A DNA stretch of 60,572 nucleotides, filler included, from Sphacelaria rigidula (Eukaryota): assembly GCA_964200075.2 (NCBI GenBank). It is 10 parts of 10 records of this genome, joined end to end, with 100 filler letters (N's around TTAATTAATTAA, not from the genome) between each part and the next. Parts side by side here need not be neighbours in the genome. Positions count along the whole stretch, not along the records: positions 48,539 to 54,505 come from CAXNAA020023136.1; positions 54,606 to 60,572 come from CAXNAA020023137.1; 8 more parts are not named here. One strand, given 5' to 3'. A program made the translations under genes and the position numbers. Numbering within the stretch: position 1 is the stretch's first letter; each line of letters opens with the position of its first letter. Below the pieces are notes generated by a model. It worked only from the letters and a program-made list of their open reading frames with translations, searched no databases and had not been told where the DNA came from. Positions 50,442 to 60,572 of this stretch are shown here, one piece after another.

Positions 50442-51310
50442 GTGAGTCGGTGGCGGTGGTCTCATGTTATATCGTTGTTGCGAAGCGGGTGTAGCTCTGG
50501 ATCCTGGAGTAAGTGGGGTGTGAAACATGACTGTCTATTGTAGTGGTTACAGTAGGCACGGACAGGATGAAGGTGTACCTGTAGAGGACCCTGTATTTGT
50601 GTGCTGGTGAGTGTGTGAAAATATCATTATTGCTTTTATCGTTTTGCCCCGTGTCTACCACCGTTGGATTTTTGTGCTGTTTTCTGTGTGTCGAACGTGT
50701 TATTTCGGTCATCCACTTGACGCGTGCTAGGTCGACCGTTACTTGTCTTTTGTCCCCCCTTCCCTTATAATTTCTGGGCTTCATGCCATCTTTGAACGAC
50801 TGGCTAGAACTTTCAACGTTGTGTAGTGTACAGTTGCTGGTTCGGAATAATCACAAACAGCATTGCTTCACGACACTCGAGGCAGTCCACACAAGGAATC
50901 TAGGTTTTTACCTGGGAGCACGGTAGATAGGAAAGGTAACGGGTTCAAGTAGCGGACGAACAAGGCTTCGTCTGAAAGATACCTGCTTTCAAGTGTAATC
51001 ATCGGGCTCGTAGAACAGCGTTACACCCCAGCCACGTGAACAGCGCAACATCCTTCGTGAATACTTTTTCGACCTCGGTCAACTTTTTTTTCTGTATTTC
51101 GGGCAATCAAGCCTCAAAAATCGTAGTGATACGTACGGCCGTCGAACTCAATAACCCCCATTTCCCTGTCACCATCACAACTAACTCCCAACAAACTATG
51201 ATACACACAAACGCAGTGCTCCCCGACCCGCCCGCCCACCCGCTCGCCAGCCCGCCCGCCCGCCCGCCATTCTCTCCCCCTTTCTCCCCCTCCCCGATAA
51301 CTACCAACAG

Positions 51311-51605
51311 AGCGACCAGGGCGTAGGATCCCAAAATCATGGCGTAGTGGAGCACATTCTGCCGCGCCGCCGCGCGTTTTCTTCGCCACGCCTGACTGAC
51401 CCAGAGGAATCGTCATCGTTGTTCGGTAGCGCAAAACGCCTCCTGGGCAGCGACGGCGGCTGCCATCCGTTGTCGTGTGCGGGCTTCGTAGTGCCCGTGG
51501 ACTCCTCGGAGTCTGAGCCGGGGAGCGCGGGGGTGACGCCCGTGCCACCTGCGGGCGCCACGCCGAGGGTCATGTCCGTATGGAGGGATGACGGTAGTGC
51601 TGAAG
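51311..51605 (+). CDS. Next exon of the same unknown gene
   Basis: Pyrimidine tract + CAACAG acceptor. Phase 0 matches the previous donor. G|GTCAGT donor. SDQGVGSQNHGVVEHILPRRRAFSSP... Confidence 0.75.
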
Positions 51606-52687
51606 GTCAGTTGGCGTTTGGGGGGAGGAGGGGGAGGAGAGAAGAGAGAGAAGCCGTTTTTTTTTCCCCAGGTACTGGGTAGGTGGGTGTTGGTGGTGGG
51701 GGTGGGTTACTCAGCGCGGGGGAGCAGGGAGAGGAACGAAGTTTGTGATTGTGGCTGCCTTTGACTTTATTTTTATGTGTATTTATCTTGAATATTTTTG
51801 GTGTTCTTTCAAAAAACAATCTCCATTTTTTCGTGCATTTCCGTTCTTCTCTTTCTCCATCTCCATCTCCATCTCCATCTCTATCTCTATCTACTTCAAC
51901 AGGCTGGTTTTAGGGAATGACTCGATGCCATACAGCCCGTTTTCAAACCTACTTTTTGCGTTATGATAGATTCTATAACTGATGTCGGTTACTATAATGG
52001 GGTTTTGATTCGTGATGAGATTGAGTATAAGTTGTGTCGGGAACCCGCATTTTTTATTTTCAGAACAATTTGGAGGCCCTTGTCTGGCCCGAAATCATTT
52101 TCACGACCAGCGCCACAGCAAAGGACGCACGACAAAAAATTGGCCAGGGGACACTGTTCACTTTTTCTTGGGTGTCACCATGATACCAAAAAAAGTTTGT
52201 ATATACTTCGGGTCAGTCTTGTTTGCTTCCGTCGATTTTTTGTTTCTCACGTCTTGTAATAGTCTACTATGTCGTGCTGCTCGACCTTTTCTATTCCTTC
52301 TTTTTCTCCAGTGAGTGTTCCGGCTTTGTTCGTCTTGGGTACGTGTATCATGTGACGACGGCTGGATCATGACCCCTGGGGAGTCAGTTAAAGGGCGACG
52401 ATCAATCAAAGCAAACAATCAAAATCGATTTTGCGTTCTGTATCTAGAGAGGAATAAATTTTGGGCGGCCACCCTGAATCAGCCTGTATCTCCATCTTTG
52501 TCTCTATCTTCGATTTCACCCCTTTTGCCTCGAACTTCCTCTTCTGTATTGTAGTGGTTGTTTGCGTTTGTATTTCCGTTGGGTACGTCCGTCATGTGAC
52601 CACGGCTGTGTGTGATCCTAAGGCATCAGCTAATGTTGCGGTGACCAATGAACCAACCATTCAACGGGCGCTGACACAATCCAACAG

Positions 52688-52834
52688 GAAACGGCGCCGG
52701 CAGCGTCAGGAGTGGAGCGAAGAAGTCTGAGTTCCCGCCGCGACGGAGAAAATCGTCGAAGCTATCCTTGGGGAAGTACGTGAAGAATACCGGCATCGAC
52801 GATGGTGGCGATAAAGATGATCGGGACGGACGAG
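52688..52834 (+). CDS. Third exon of the same unknown gene
   Basis: CAACAG acceptor, phase 1 matches. GNGAGSVRSGAKKSEFPPRRRKSSKLSLGKY... GAG|GTACT donor. Confidence 0.65.
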
Positions 52835-53224
52835 GTACTTTGTGGTGCAGGCCCTATACATACAGTACATACGGGTCCTTACACGAACAAGGAAGATAAT
52901 GACCCCCCCCCCCCTCCCCCTTCCCCCTTCCCCCTCCTCCCTCCCTCCCTCCGTTCCGAAAAAAGCACCGCATCTCTTTTGTAGTAGTACATGAAGCAAT
53001 CCTGGAAGCGCTTGACTAGGGATGTGTATATTGTAGTGGGGGGCTCTCTCGAACTTGACCCACGCTGTATTCAAGGGATATGTGGATGGATATTTTGTAT
53101 CCTCGTGGGTTACCGGTACGTGATGAATCGGCCAAGTTTCGTGATGGGGTAAAGGAAGATGTTGTAAACTACCCGCTGTGCAGTAAAACTAGTAGTATCA
53201 CCATCGTTAGTGCGTATAATGTAT

Positions 53225-53540
53225 GTGTGTTGTTGTCCCATCTATTCTGGACGCCAGTAAACACCTTTTGGTATATGTGGGTGCACCAATGAGAGGAAAA
53301 TCAGCACAGGATTTGCTTATTTTTTTATTCGCTTTTTTACGTCTCACCTTTTCTCCAGCGGTGCGTCGCCTCCCTTTTTACTGTGGGAAAAGTGCAGCAG
53401 TCCCTTCCCCTCGTCGACCTTGAAGTCGAATTCTGAATTTTGTGTACCCACGACATGGTCGTCGCTCTCCGCTGTTGGGCATGATGTGGGGGAATGTCAG
53501 ATCGCGGGACTTCACCGAGGGTCGAAGTCACGTTCCAACT
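53225..53540 (-). mobile_element. tRNA-derived SINE, partial copy
   Basis: Shares TATTCTGGACGCC and GTACCCACGACATGGTCG..CTGTTGGGCATG with 58205-58590. Confidence 0.65.
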
Positions 53541-53659
53541 TTTTTTTTCTTGTTGTTTCTTGAAGGAAGGAGACAACCTTAACCCTTACTACGTTAGGGC
53601 TTGCGCTTTTTGTTTCTGGGTCTCTTTTTTGTAGGAGCCCAAACAGATGGGGCTTATTA

Positions 53660-54144
53660 GGCCGGATGTTATGGCACACAGATTTTTGGCCTACGGATTG
53701 TTCACTTTTGGGACGTTTGAGCCACTTTTTGACTCCCGAACAGGGAAAATCGCCAACACACCTCTTGGACACTTTGCATCACCCCACAGAGAGAGGAACC
53801 TAGTCTGCTTTTCAGATTCGCTTGGCTCCGAGGTTTTCGAGAGCGGCCGCTGAACAATAATCCGTGAGCAATAAAATCTACGGCTATCTCCACACACTAT
53901 TGGACAAACCGGCGGGGGTCAGCAAGCACAGATTTTTGCACACGAATTATTATTCAGCGGCCAATATCGAAACCTCGGAGCCAAGCGAATATTAAGAGCA
54001 GACTAGGCTCCTCTCTGTGGGGTGATGTCAAGTGTCCGAGTCATGTGTTGGCGACTTTTCCTGTTTGGATGTCAAAAAGTGGGTCAAACGTCCCAAAAGT
54101 GAACAATCCGTGGGCCAAAAATCTGTGTGCCATAGCATCCGGCC
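53660..54144. mobile_element. PIF/Harbinger (Tourist-like) foldback MITE
   Basis: ~220-bp inverted arms, termini GGCCGGATG / CATCCGGCC, TTA on both flanks. Confidence 0.85.
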
Positions 54145-54505
54145 TTACTGTGCAACCCAAATCTTCGGGGACCGGACATGGAGATGCACGCGGGGGCCTT
54201 TTCGTGGATCGGTCTCATGTTCAGTCTTTTTCAAGTAAAAATGATGCCGATTCTCAAAGTGACCCATCCAACACTCCGAGAAACATCTTTGCCTAAAAGA
54301 GTGAAGCCCCTACCGTAGCACATCACTCCTTACCTAACACTTACACCGCTAATGGGTTTGTATGCCGATCGCTTTTAGGCTCGGCGAGACCACCGTGTGG
54401 CTGTGTCGTATGGGGGAGGCGCCTCGAGCGCTCGGAAAGCTTTCAATGGTCGGACAAGTAATGATTCGTCTGGAAATTACTTGGTTTTAGTATGATGAGT
54501 CGACT

Positions 54506-54605
54506 NNNNNNNNNNNNNNNNNNNNNNNNNNNNNNNNNNNNNNNNNNNNTTAATTAATTAANNNNNNNNNNNNNNNNNNNNNNNNNNNNNNNNNNNNNNN
54601 NNNNN
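54506..54605. other. Artificial contig linker
   Basis: 44 N + TTAATTAATTAA + 44 N. Confidence 0.98.
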
Positions 54606-54836
54606 ACTGGTAGCTAATTATAACCGCTACACGTCCTAAAAATTTGGATGTCAATAACCGAAATGTTGGGGTCCAGGCTAAGCCGAAATACCCTGAAATT
54701 GGATTTTCCCGTAGGACCCCAACATTAAGATTTTAATCCTCCGGGTTCTCATCCTCAATCAAAAGCACCATCCTCAACATAGATGATTGGCTGTTATATT
54801 TGTACAAAAACGGATTGGTTGCCATATACAACAGTG

Positions 54837-55095
54837 CAACGGTCGGACAAATAATGATTCGTCTGAAAATTACATGGTTTAAGCGTAATTGATTCGAATC
54901 GTACGGATCAATCCCTGTAGGCTTTGTTTTCAGCGTTGCAACCCAGGTACACGCGGCCCAGACAATTGGAATGGTGCAAAAGTTTAGTGGATACCCCTTG
55001 GACCAGCGGTCAACTTTTTTCTCCCTTCTGGGTAATCAGGCTGAAGAAATCATGGATTTGGTGATTCGTCGTCGTGATGATTCGTCCTAACCGTG
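54837..55095. mobile_element. Family B MITE, full length
   Basis: CAACGGTCGGACAAAT / ATTCGTCCTAACCGTG. Perfect 8-bp TSD CAACAGTG. Confidence 0.85.
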
Positions 55096-55624
55096 CAACA
55101 GTGATCTAAGCGCCTTTTCCTGCGCCACAAACGACAACAACAGTGCACACAATTTGCACGCGCACGCCATCATTTTGCACACGAATTCTTTCAGTCGACA
55201 CCGGAGCATTGGCGATGCCACGACAAAAAGGGAAAATGCTCAAAGGCCTGCCATCACTCCAGCAGTGCTGACACTCGTGGTGTTCTCTCACACGTTCGAG
55301 AGGGCTCGAGAAGAAGACCCGAAAAACTAGAGATAAGAAATGGCCACCAGTATAGTCCGATCAACAGGAAATACTGCGCGCATGAATGATCAGGAGACTG
55401 ACTGCGCGGCGCAATCCTCGTGTACAATAGACAGTGCAGCAATTGCTTTAGAATGTCGCACAAACCGGAAAGCCACTTTTGTCGAGGAATAATCAACGCC
55501 GAAAAGCCCCAAAGGTCACCTATTTATTTTCTGCCACATCTCCGCGTCCGTCGTGAAAATTCGGGTGAAAAATGATGCGAATGTACACTTGTGACGTTTG
55601 TGGTGCAGCAACAGATGCACAGGC

Positions 55625-55985
55625 GGCCATTCGGCTACCACCAAAAATACTCTATTTCGGTCAACTTTTCGAGCCTCCAGAGGAATTGAACGCCTCCAGA
55701 GGCTTGTTTCGCCTCTTGAGGGCCGCGCATTCTATCGTGATTTTCATCCTCCGCTAGAGGGTATTTCATCCCCAGAGGCGGTCATAATCGAATCCTGTGG
55801 AGGGCATCTGATGCTCCAGTGACTTCTGTGGCCTGAATCCCTCGAGAGTAACAAAAAAAATGGTGTTCTGGAGGCGTTTGATCCCATCCCTATGGAGGGC
55901 TGCGCACCCTCTGAAGGCCTTTAATTCCTCCGTAGGCTGGAAAAGTTGACGGGACCATAGTGTTTTTGGGGGTAGCTGAACGGTC
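55625..55985. repeat. Imperfect inverted repeat (probable old MITE core)
   Basis: GCTACCACCAAAAATACT..GTCAACTTTTCGAGCCT..GAGGAATT mirrored at 55907-55985. Confidence 0.65.
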
Positions 55986-56699
55986 GCGCGTGTGTTGAGT
56001 GGAGCACAAGAACACCTGCGCCTGAGAAATTGGGTTTTGTGCGGTCTTGTTCATGTGAATATAACAGTGTTTCGCACAAGTATCCATCGTGACGGAAGGG
56101 CGCAAAAAATGTCAAGTAAAAAACACGCACTCATCGAAACCCAAGGGAAGTGCAACGTGAGCAGCGCTGCCTGTTTCGCTTTTCGGAGATAGGTACGACA
56201 GAGCGGTCCGGTAGACTTAGGATGCAGATTGCAGTAGAGTTGGGGGGCAGGAGATGTAGAACACCCCCTGCATAAACATGAACACGCGTCTCCGCAAGTG
56301 TACACATTGCTTCTTGCTCGTGCTACCATCATGCCAGCAGCTGGCTCTCTAGCGGCGGGTCAACAAAAGTAGTAGTAGTTGTGTGGAATACACAGCGCTA
56401 TTTCTGTCGGCAGGTGTCTACAGGCCCCTCAGGGGTCACATCAGTCAGAGCGAGGGTCACCCCCTCGTGCCGTGCAGTAGTGCAGAGTGCCGATACTGAA
56501 TCTGGTAGGCTGTCCATGCTCATTCCTGTCAGGGTATATTGTGCGCGATATCCAACGTTGTGCTCGAACGATGAAATCGCTAATGCTGTTGCTGTGCTGC
56601 TCCGGCCACGGGCTACAGGCAGCGGTTGAGTGCTTGGGCGAAAGCCTTCAAAATACGGTACAAAACACAGTCCACAGTAGTAGTCGTGACGACACGACC

Positions 56700-57130
56700 G
56701 ATCCATACACGACACGCAGTCAAGCATAGGCGAGAACAACCGACGAGACTCCTGTACGTCTGCCCATGTATCGTTGGTGTCTGTGTCTGCACCGTGCTTC
56801 ATACATGGCGCAATGCCATATTACCGTATGTAGCACGGTGGGGAGAGGGAGCATGAAGCATAACGCGGAGTTCGATTTTGAAGCAGCTCTTTTTAATTGT
56901 GTGTACACAGCCCCTGCATGTAGCCTGTGACCTGTGTCCATGTACTTGAAACTGCTACAGTAACTGGCTGTAGCTGTCATTCAAGACATATCAAGACAAT
57001 CTACAGGATGCAGAGTACCAAAGTATAAAGCGCGCAAGCCATCACCTTGAACATCGATATGGCGACTGCTCTCTTTCAGAGAGACACGTTTGCTGATGAG
57101 ACCTACACACATGCGAACGGAGATGTACAC
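56700..57130 (-). pseudogene. Decayed ankyrin-repeat sequence
   Basis: Fragments IDVQGDGLRALY and MKHGADTDTNDTW in different frames, with stops. Confidence 0.4.
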
Positions 57131-58204
57131 CAAGAACTGACCGTGTGAGCAGGAGGGTGTATGGTAAAGCGGGTCTGCAATCAGGAAAAAAAAAAACTTA
57201 CGCAAGCGGCGAAGGAACACCCCACACAGGAGGAGAAAGCACAACGGCACAGAAAACGCTGCACCTTGCTCCGCAGATCTCAGCAGAACGCACCCCGACC
57301 GATCAGAGTAAGTATTGCTGTCCGATTCTTCCGATAGGCGTCGTCTCCGCGTTTATCAGCTGACGTGCCTACTTTCGGGCGAGGCTTTCCCACTCCTCAG
57401 GTGGGCTTGAATCCCTTGGCGAGATGAAGTGTGTTTTTTGCCCACTATCCGGGCGTGTTTGGTTGTTGAGAAAAGCGATCAATCGCCAAAGAGCCAATTC
57501 CGAAGCAGCGAGGCCCGTGTGCCTCAGAGTGTACCTCGAGTGTTGCTCTGCGAATCCGTGAGCGAAGGTCTGCACCACAATCACCTCCAACCCCTCAAAG
57601 CCATTACTCTACTTCCCCCATGCACTGGTCGTGATGTAAGTGTTTCTGCCAAGAAAAAGCCTGAACCAAACAGTTGCGGAAAGGGCCTGTGGTGGCATGA
57701 ATTGGGCCGCCGAATCCCAAACAGCCCCACCTAGACCCAGAAGAAACTACGAAAGCGCTTATTTTATTGGAAAAACAAAATCGACCGTTGGATCGCCTGT
57801 GTGGGGTCATCTGGGGATTTTGCGCTGATTTTTTCAACTGACCCTAACGTCACCCTCACCCCAACGAAAGCATGCCAAGAATCCCTCCGGTAACGGGGGT
57901 GCGAAGTATTCCCTAAGCAAAGTGTGCGTTGCCAGAACTCAACTCGACGGCGATTCAGACAAGAAAAAGCGTTCTGGGCAAACAAGGACGGTAGTATTGT
58001 TTTCTCAAGTATAGTTCACCACTTGGGAGGGTAAAATTAGTCCCATTCAACAAGGAGCACAATCAATCCCCTTTAAAAATCCCGATTTCGGTGAAATCAT
58101 AAGACAAAATCGGGCAAACTTCACCCTACTAGTTGACTAGTTGGCGCCTGCGAGGGAGAGCCAGTCCGTGGAAATTTCCACTACTTTTCGAGTGGATGGA
58201 AAAA

Positions 58205-58590
58205 TAGGCGGCATGATCTGCCACGTCACCCATATATTCTGGACGCCGGTGTACAGTACACATTTCGGTATATATCTGGGCGCAGCACAGCAGTCGGGGT
58301 CACTCAGCAGGAAGGTCAACACACAACGTTTTCTTTTTTCTTCTTTCCTTGTTTTGATTCTCCACCTTCTTTCTGCGGGTCTGGCCTTTTATTTTCTATC
58401 GCGAGAGGGGTTCAGCAGCCCCTTTCCCTCGTCGACCGTGAAGCCGAATTTCGTGTACCCACGACATGGTCGCTCTCCACTGTTGGGCATGGTGTGAGAA
58501 AAAATCCCAGATCGCTCCGAGAATTGAACCCACGACCCAACGGTCAGAATAAGGTTTCGAGGTTACCAACTGAGCCACCGGGGCGACCGG
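58205..58590 (-). mobile_element. tRNA-derived SINE
   Basis: Pol III A box TGGCTCAGTTGG (58577-58566) and B box GGTTCAATTC (58530-58521), followed by a ~300-bp non-tRNA body repeated at 53225-53540. Confidence 0.75.
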
Positions 58591-59254
58591 TGTACGAGTA
58601 CTGATAAGTATAAAAATATCCGACAACCGACGATTATACCAGATAGGTCAGAACAACAGTGACAACTGTAGTAACTACAACTGTTATTCCGAAACTCTCA
58701 AATGTCATTCTTTTTTTATGGGGTTGTTGGAGTCACTCGAAACCACAAAAAATGTCGGAAAGAGTTCTTCACCTACCTACTATGTGGAAAACTAACGGAG
58801 GGGACCGAAACATACCGAGAACTCTCGGATAAGGGGGGTACAGAGCGTGTCTTACAGGCAAAGTGTGCGCTGCAAGACCTCAAATTGGGGCCTGCGGCGC
58901 CAATTTTGGACGAAAACGCGTTCTGGACCGGCCGGCGTATATCTGCCTGTACCATAGAATCAGTTCCACACCATGTTTGAGCAGACCCGCCAGTCTAAAA
59001 ACAAACACATTTTTTAATTCGCCCACCATCCTCAATAGAAACGAAGCATTACAACGCGAACAGCCCACGACATGTACTTGCACAGTACTACAAGCCACAG
59101 AGAGAGAGATAAAGAGAGAGAGAGACGAACCTCACCAGAAGCCCTTCAACTCATCGTACACGCTTGGCAGGCAGGCAACCCACCTGCTTTTGTATTTACA
59201 ATACTACTTATAAGAGCACTTGAGAGTGTCAGCCCGTCCGAAGATACGAATATC

Positions 59255-59445
59255 AGGCAGTGTCTTATCAAACTGTTTTTGACTCGGAAACGTACGGTGG
59301 AATCAAATTTGCTCGTACCTGATACGTCCACGGCATCCATGTTCTCAACCATCTCAGAAAATTAGTAGCGTGGACGAATCAGAAACGGGCGAATTCGATT
59401 CGACCGCACGTTTTCAACACCAAAACAATTTGATAAGACACGGCC
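59255..59445. mobile_element. Harbinger-like MITE
   Basis: TIRs GGCAGTGTCTTATCAAA / TTTGATAAGACACGGCC. Flanks TCA/TTA. Confidence 0.75.
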
Positions 59446-59539
59446 TTAGAGTTGAAATATTGAGAGTTACTTGTAACTGAGATCAAGTACCAACCACACT
59501 GTTGTTATGTACGAGTACGACCAATGGGTAAGATCTACT

Positions 59540-59718
59540 GACGTCGTGTCTCATCGAATTGTTTTCGACTCGAAAACGTACGGTGCAATCGAATCTGCTC
59601 GTACCTGATACGTCCACAGCATCCATGTTCTCAACCATCTGAGAAAATGAACAGCGTGGACAAGGATTCGATTCGACCGCACGTTTTCGACACGAAAATA
59701 TTTTGATAAGACACGGCC
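59540..59718. mobile_element. Harbinger-like MITE, second nearby direct copy
   Basis: Homologous to 59255-59445. Confidence 0.75.
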
Positions 59719-60498
59719 TCAACTACGTAGTAACCTCGTCCCTAGAACGTCTCCTATTACGCCGAGCTGTCGCACGCTCATGAACGACTGACACGCATGG
59801 CGATCGGCGCGATGGAGCGCACCGCATTGACCTTGTTTGTTGTTCTTTCTGCTCACAGGTACACGATGCCCTTCTATCTTTCTACCTGTTTTTACCGCTG
59901 TTTGTTGGTCTTCCGGGTGCAGAAAAAACATTTTTGCAGACGCGTCACCGATGATGTACAGCACGGGCTGGGCTGGCAATCTTTCCGTTCACGCTACGGA
60001 ACTCTTTTCTACGTTCTACGACAACAGTGCAGTGCGCGCTTGTCCGCACACGACAATGAATCTATAGTAGCACCGCAGACATAACAGTACAGAGCAGCAT
60101 TTTTGCTGGGCTGCGCACACGCCACCACACAGAGACTGGCTCCAGAGACGTGAGCTTTCTATATATAGAGTCTAATCATGATTGATTATAGGAGCAGAAT
60201 CATGAAGGAAATCGACAAAGTTGCAGAGGGATCAATCACTTCCTGCGGTGCACGCCTACAGCTACAGCAGTGCTATGGTAGTAGTGCCCCTTCGTGTGGT
60301 GGCTTGTGTCAACATTCACAACACCACTTCTCCAAGTGGTGGTTCTTGTCGCTGTTGTGCTTCCTAAAAGGGTGGGGATTCTAGCGCAATTACATTGTTT
60401 TTGTTCTCGATCGGCCAATGGATGAAAACCTAGCAGGCACTTGAATTCAAGAAAGAAACGCCCACAGATTGATCGACACGAGGAACAACAGTGTGTGT

Positions 60499-60529
<31 letters not shown>

Positions 60530-60572
60530 GGGGGGTGTTTTTTTTTTTTTGTTTTGTGGGGGGGGGAGGTTG

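Noticed and set aside
5969..54605. Regularly spaced TTAATTAATTAA motifs as a biological repeat
   Set aside because: Always centred in 88 N with fixed geometry, so an assembly spacer. ORFs containing X runs are artifacts.
58505..58590. tRNA gene
   Set aside because: A/B boxes are present but D, anticodon and acceptor stems do not pair. It continues into a repeated SINE body.

Overview
Eukaryotic nuclear DNA, most likely a brown alga (Phaeophyceae). That assignment is inferred from GC-rich exons in long repeat-filled introns, a 72-nt phase-1 LRR exon and (CCCTAA)n repeats. The window is not one locus. It is ten contigs of 5968, 5968 and then 8 x 5967 bp, apparently size-sorted, joined by identical 100-bp linkers (44 N + TTAATTAATTAA + 44 N), so nothing can be concluded across linkers. 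Host gene fragments: four spliced exons of an importin-beta (IPO5/IPO4-like) gene including a GC-AG intron, an adenylate-kinase P-loop exon, an ankyrin-repeat exon plus a decayed ankyrin region, one LRR exon, and exons of two low-complexity proteins of unknown function. The rest is mostly transposable elements: two decayed APE-RT LINEs (one with multi-level nested MITEs), two related Mutator/MULE-SWIM transposase pseudogenes on different contigs, tRNA-derived SINEs, and MITE families with 8-bp, 4-bp, TTA, TTAA and 5-bp target-site signatures. Best candidates for something new: (i) an OTU-like cysteine-protease exon directly upstream of and co-oriented with an intron-containing MULE transposase, (ii) a TGT...ACA, 5-bp-TSD MITE carrying telomeric repeats, (iii) an LRR exon bracketed by inverted copies of one repeat family. 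No CRISPR array, rRNA or intact tRNA was found. All family assignments are by-eye motif recognition, not database searches.
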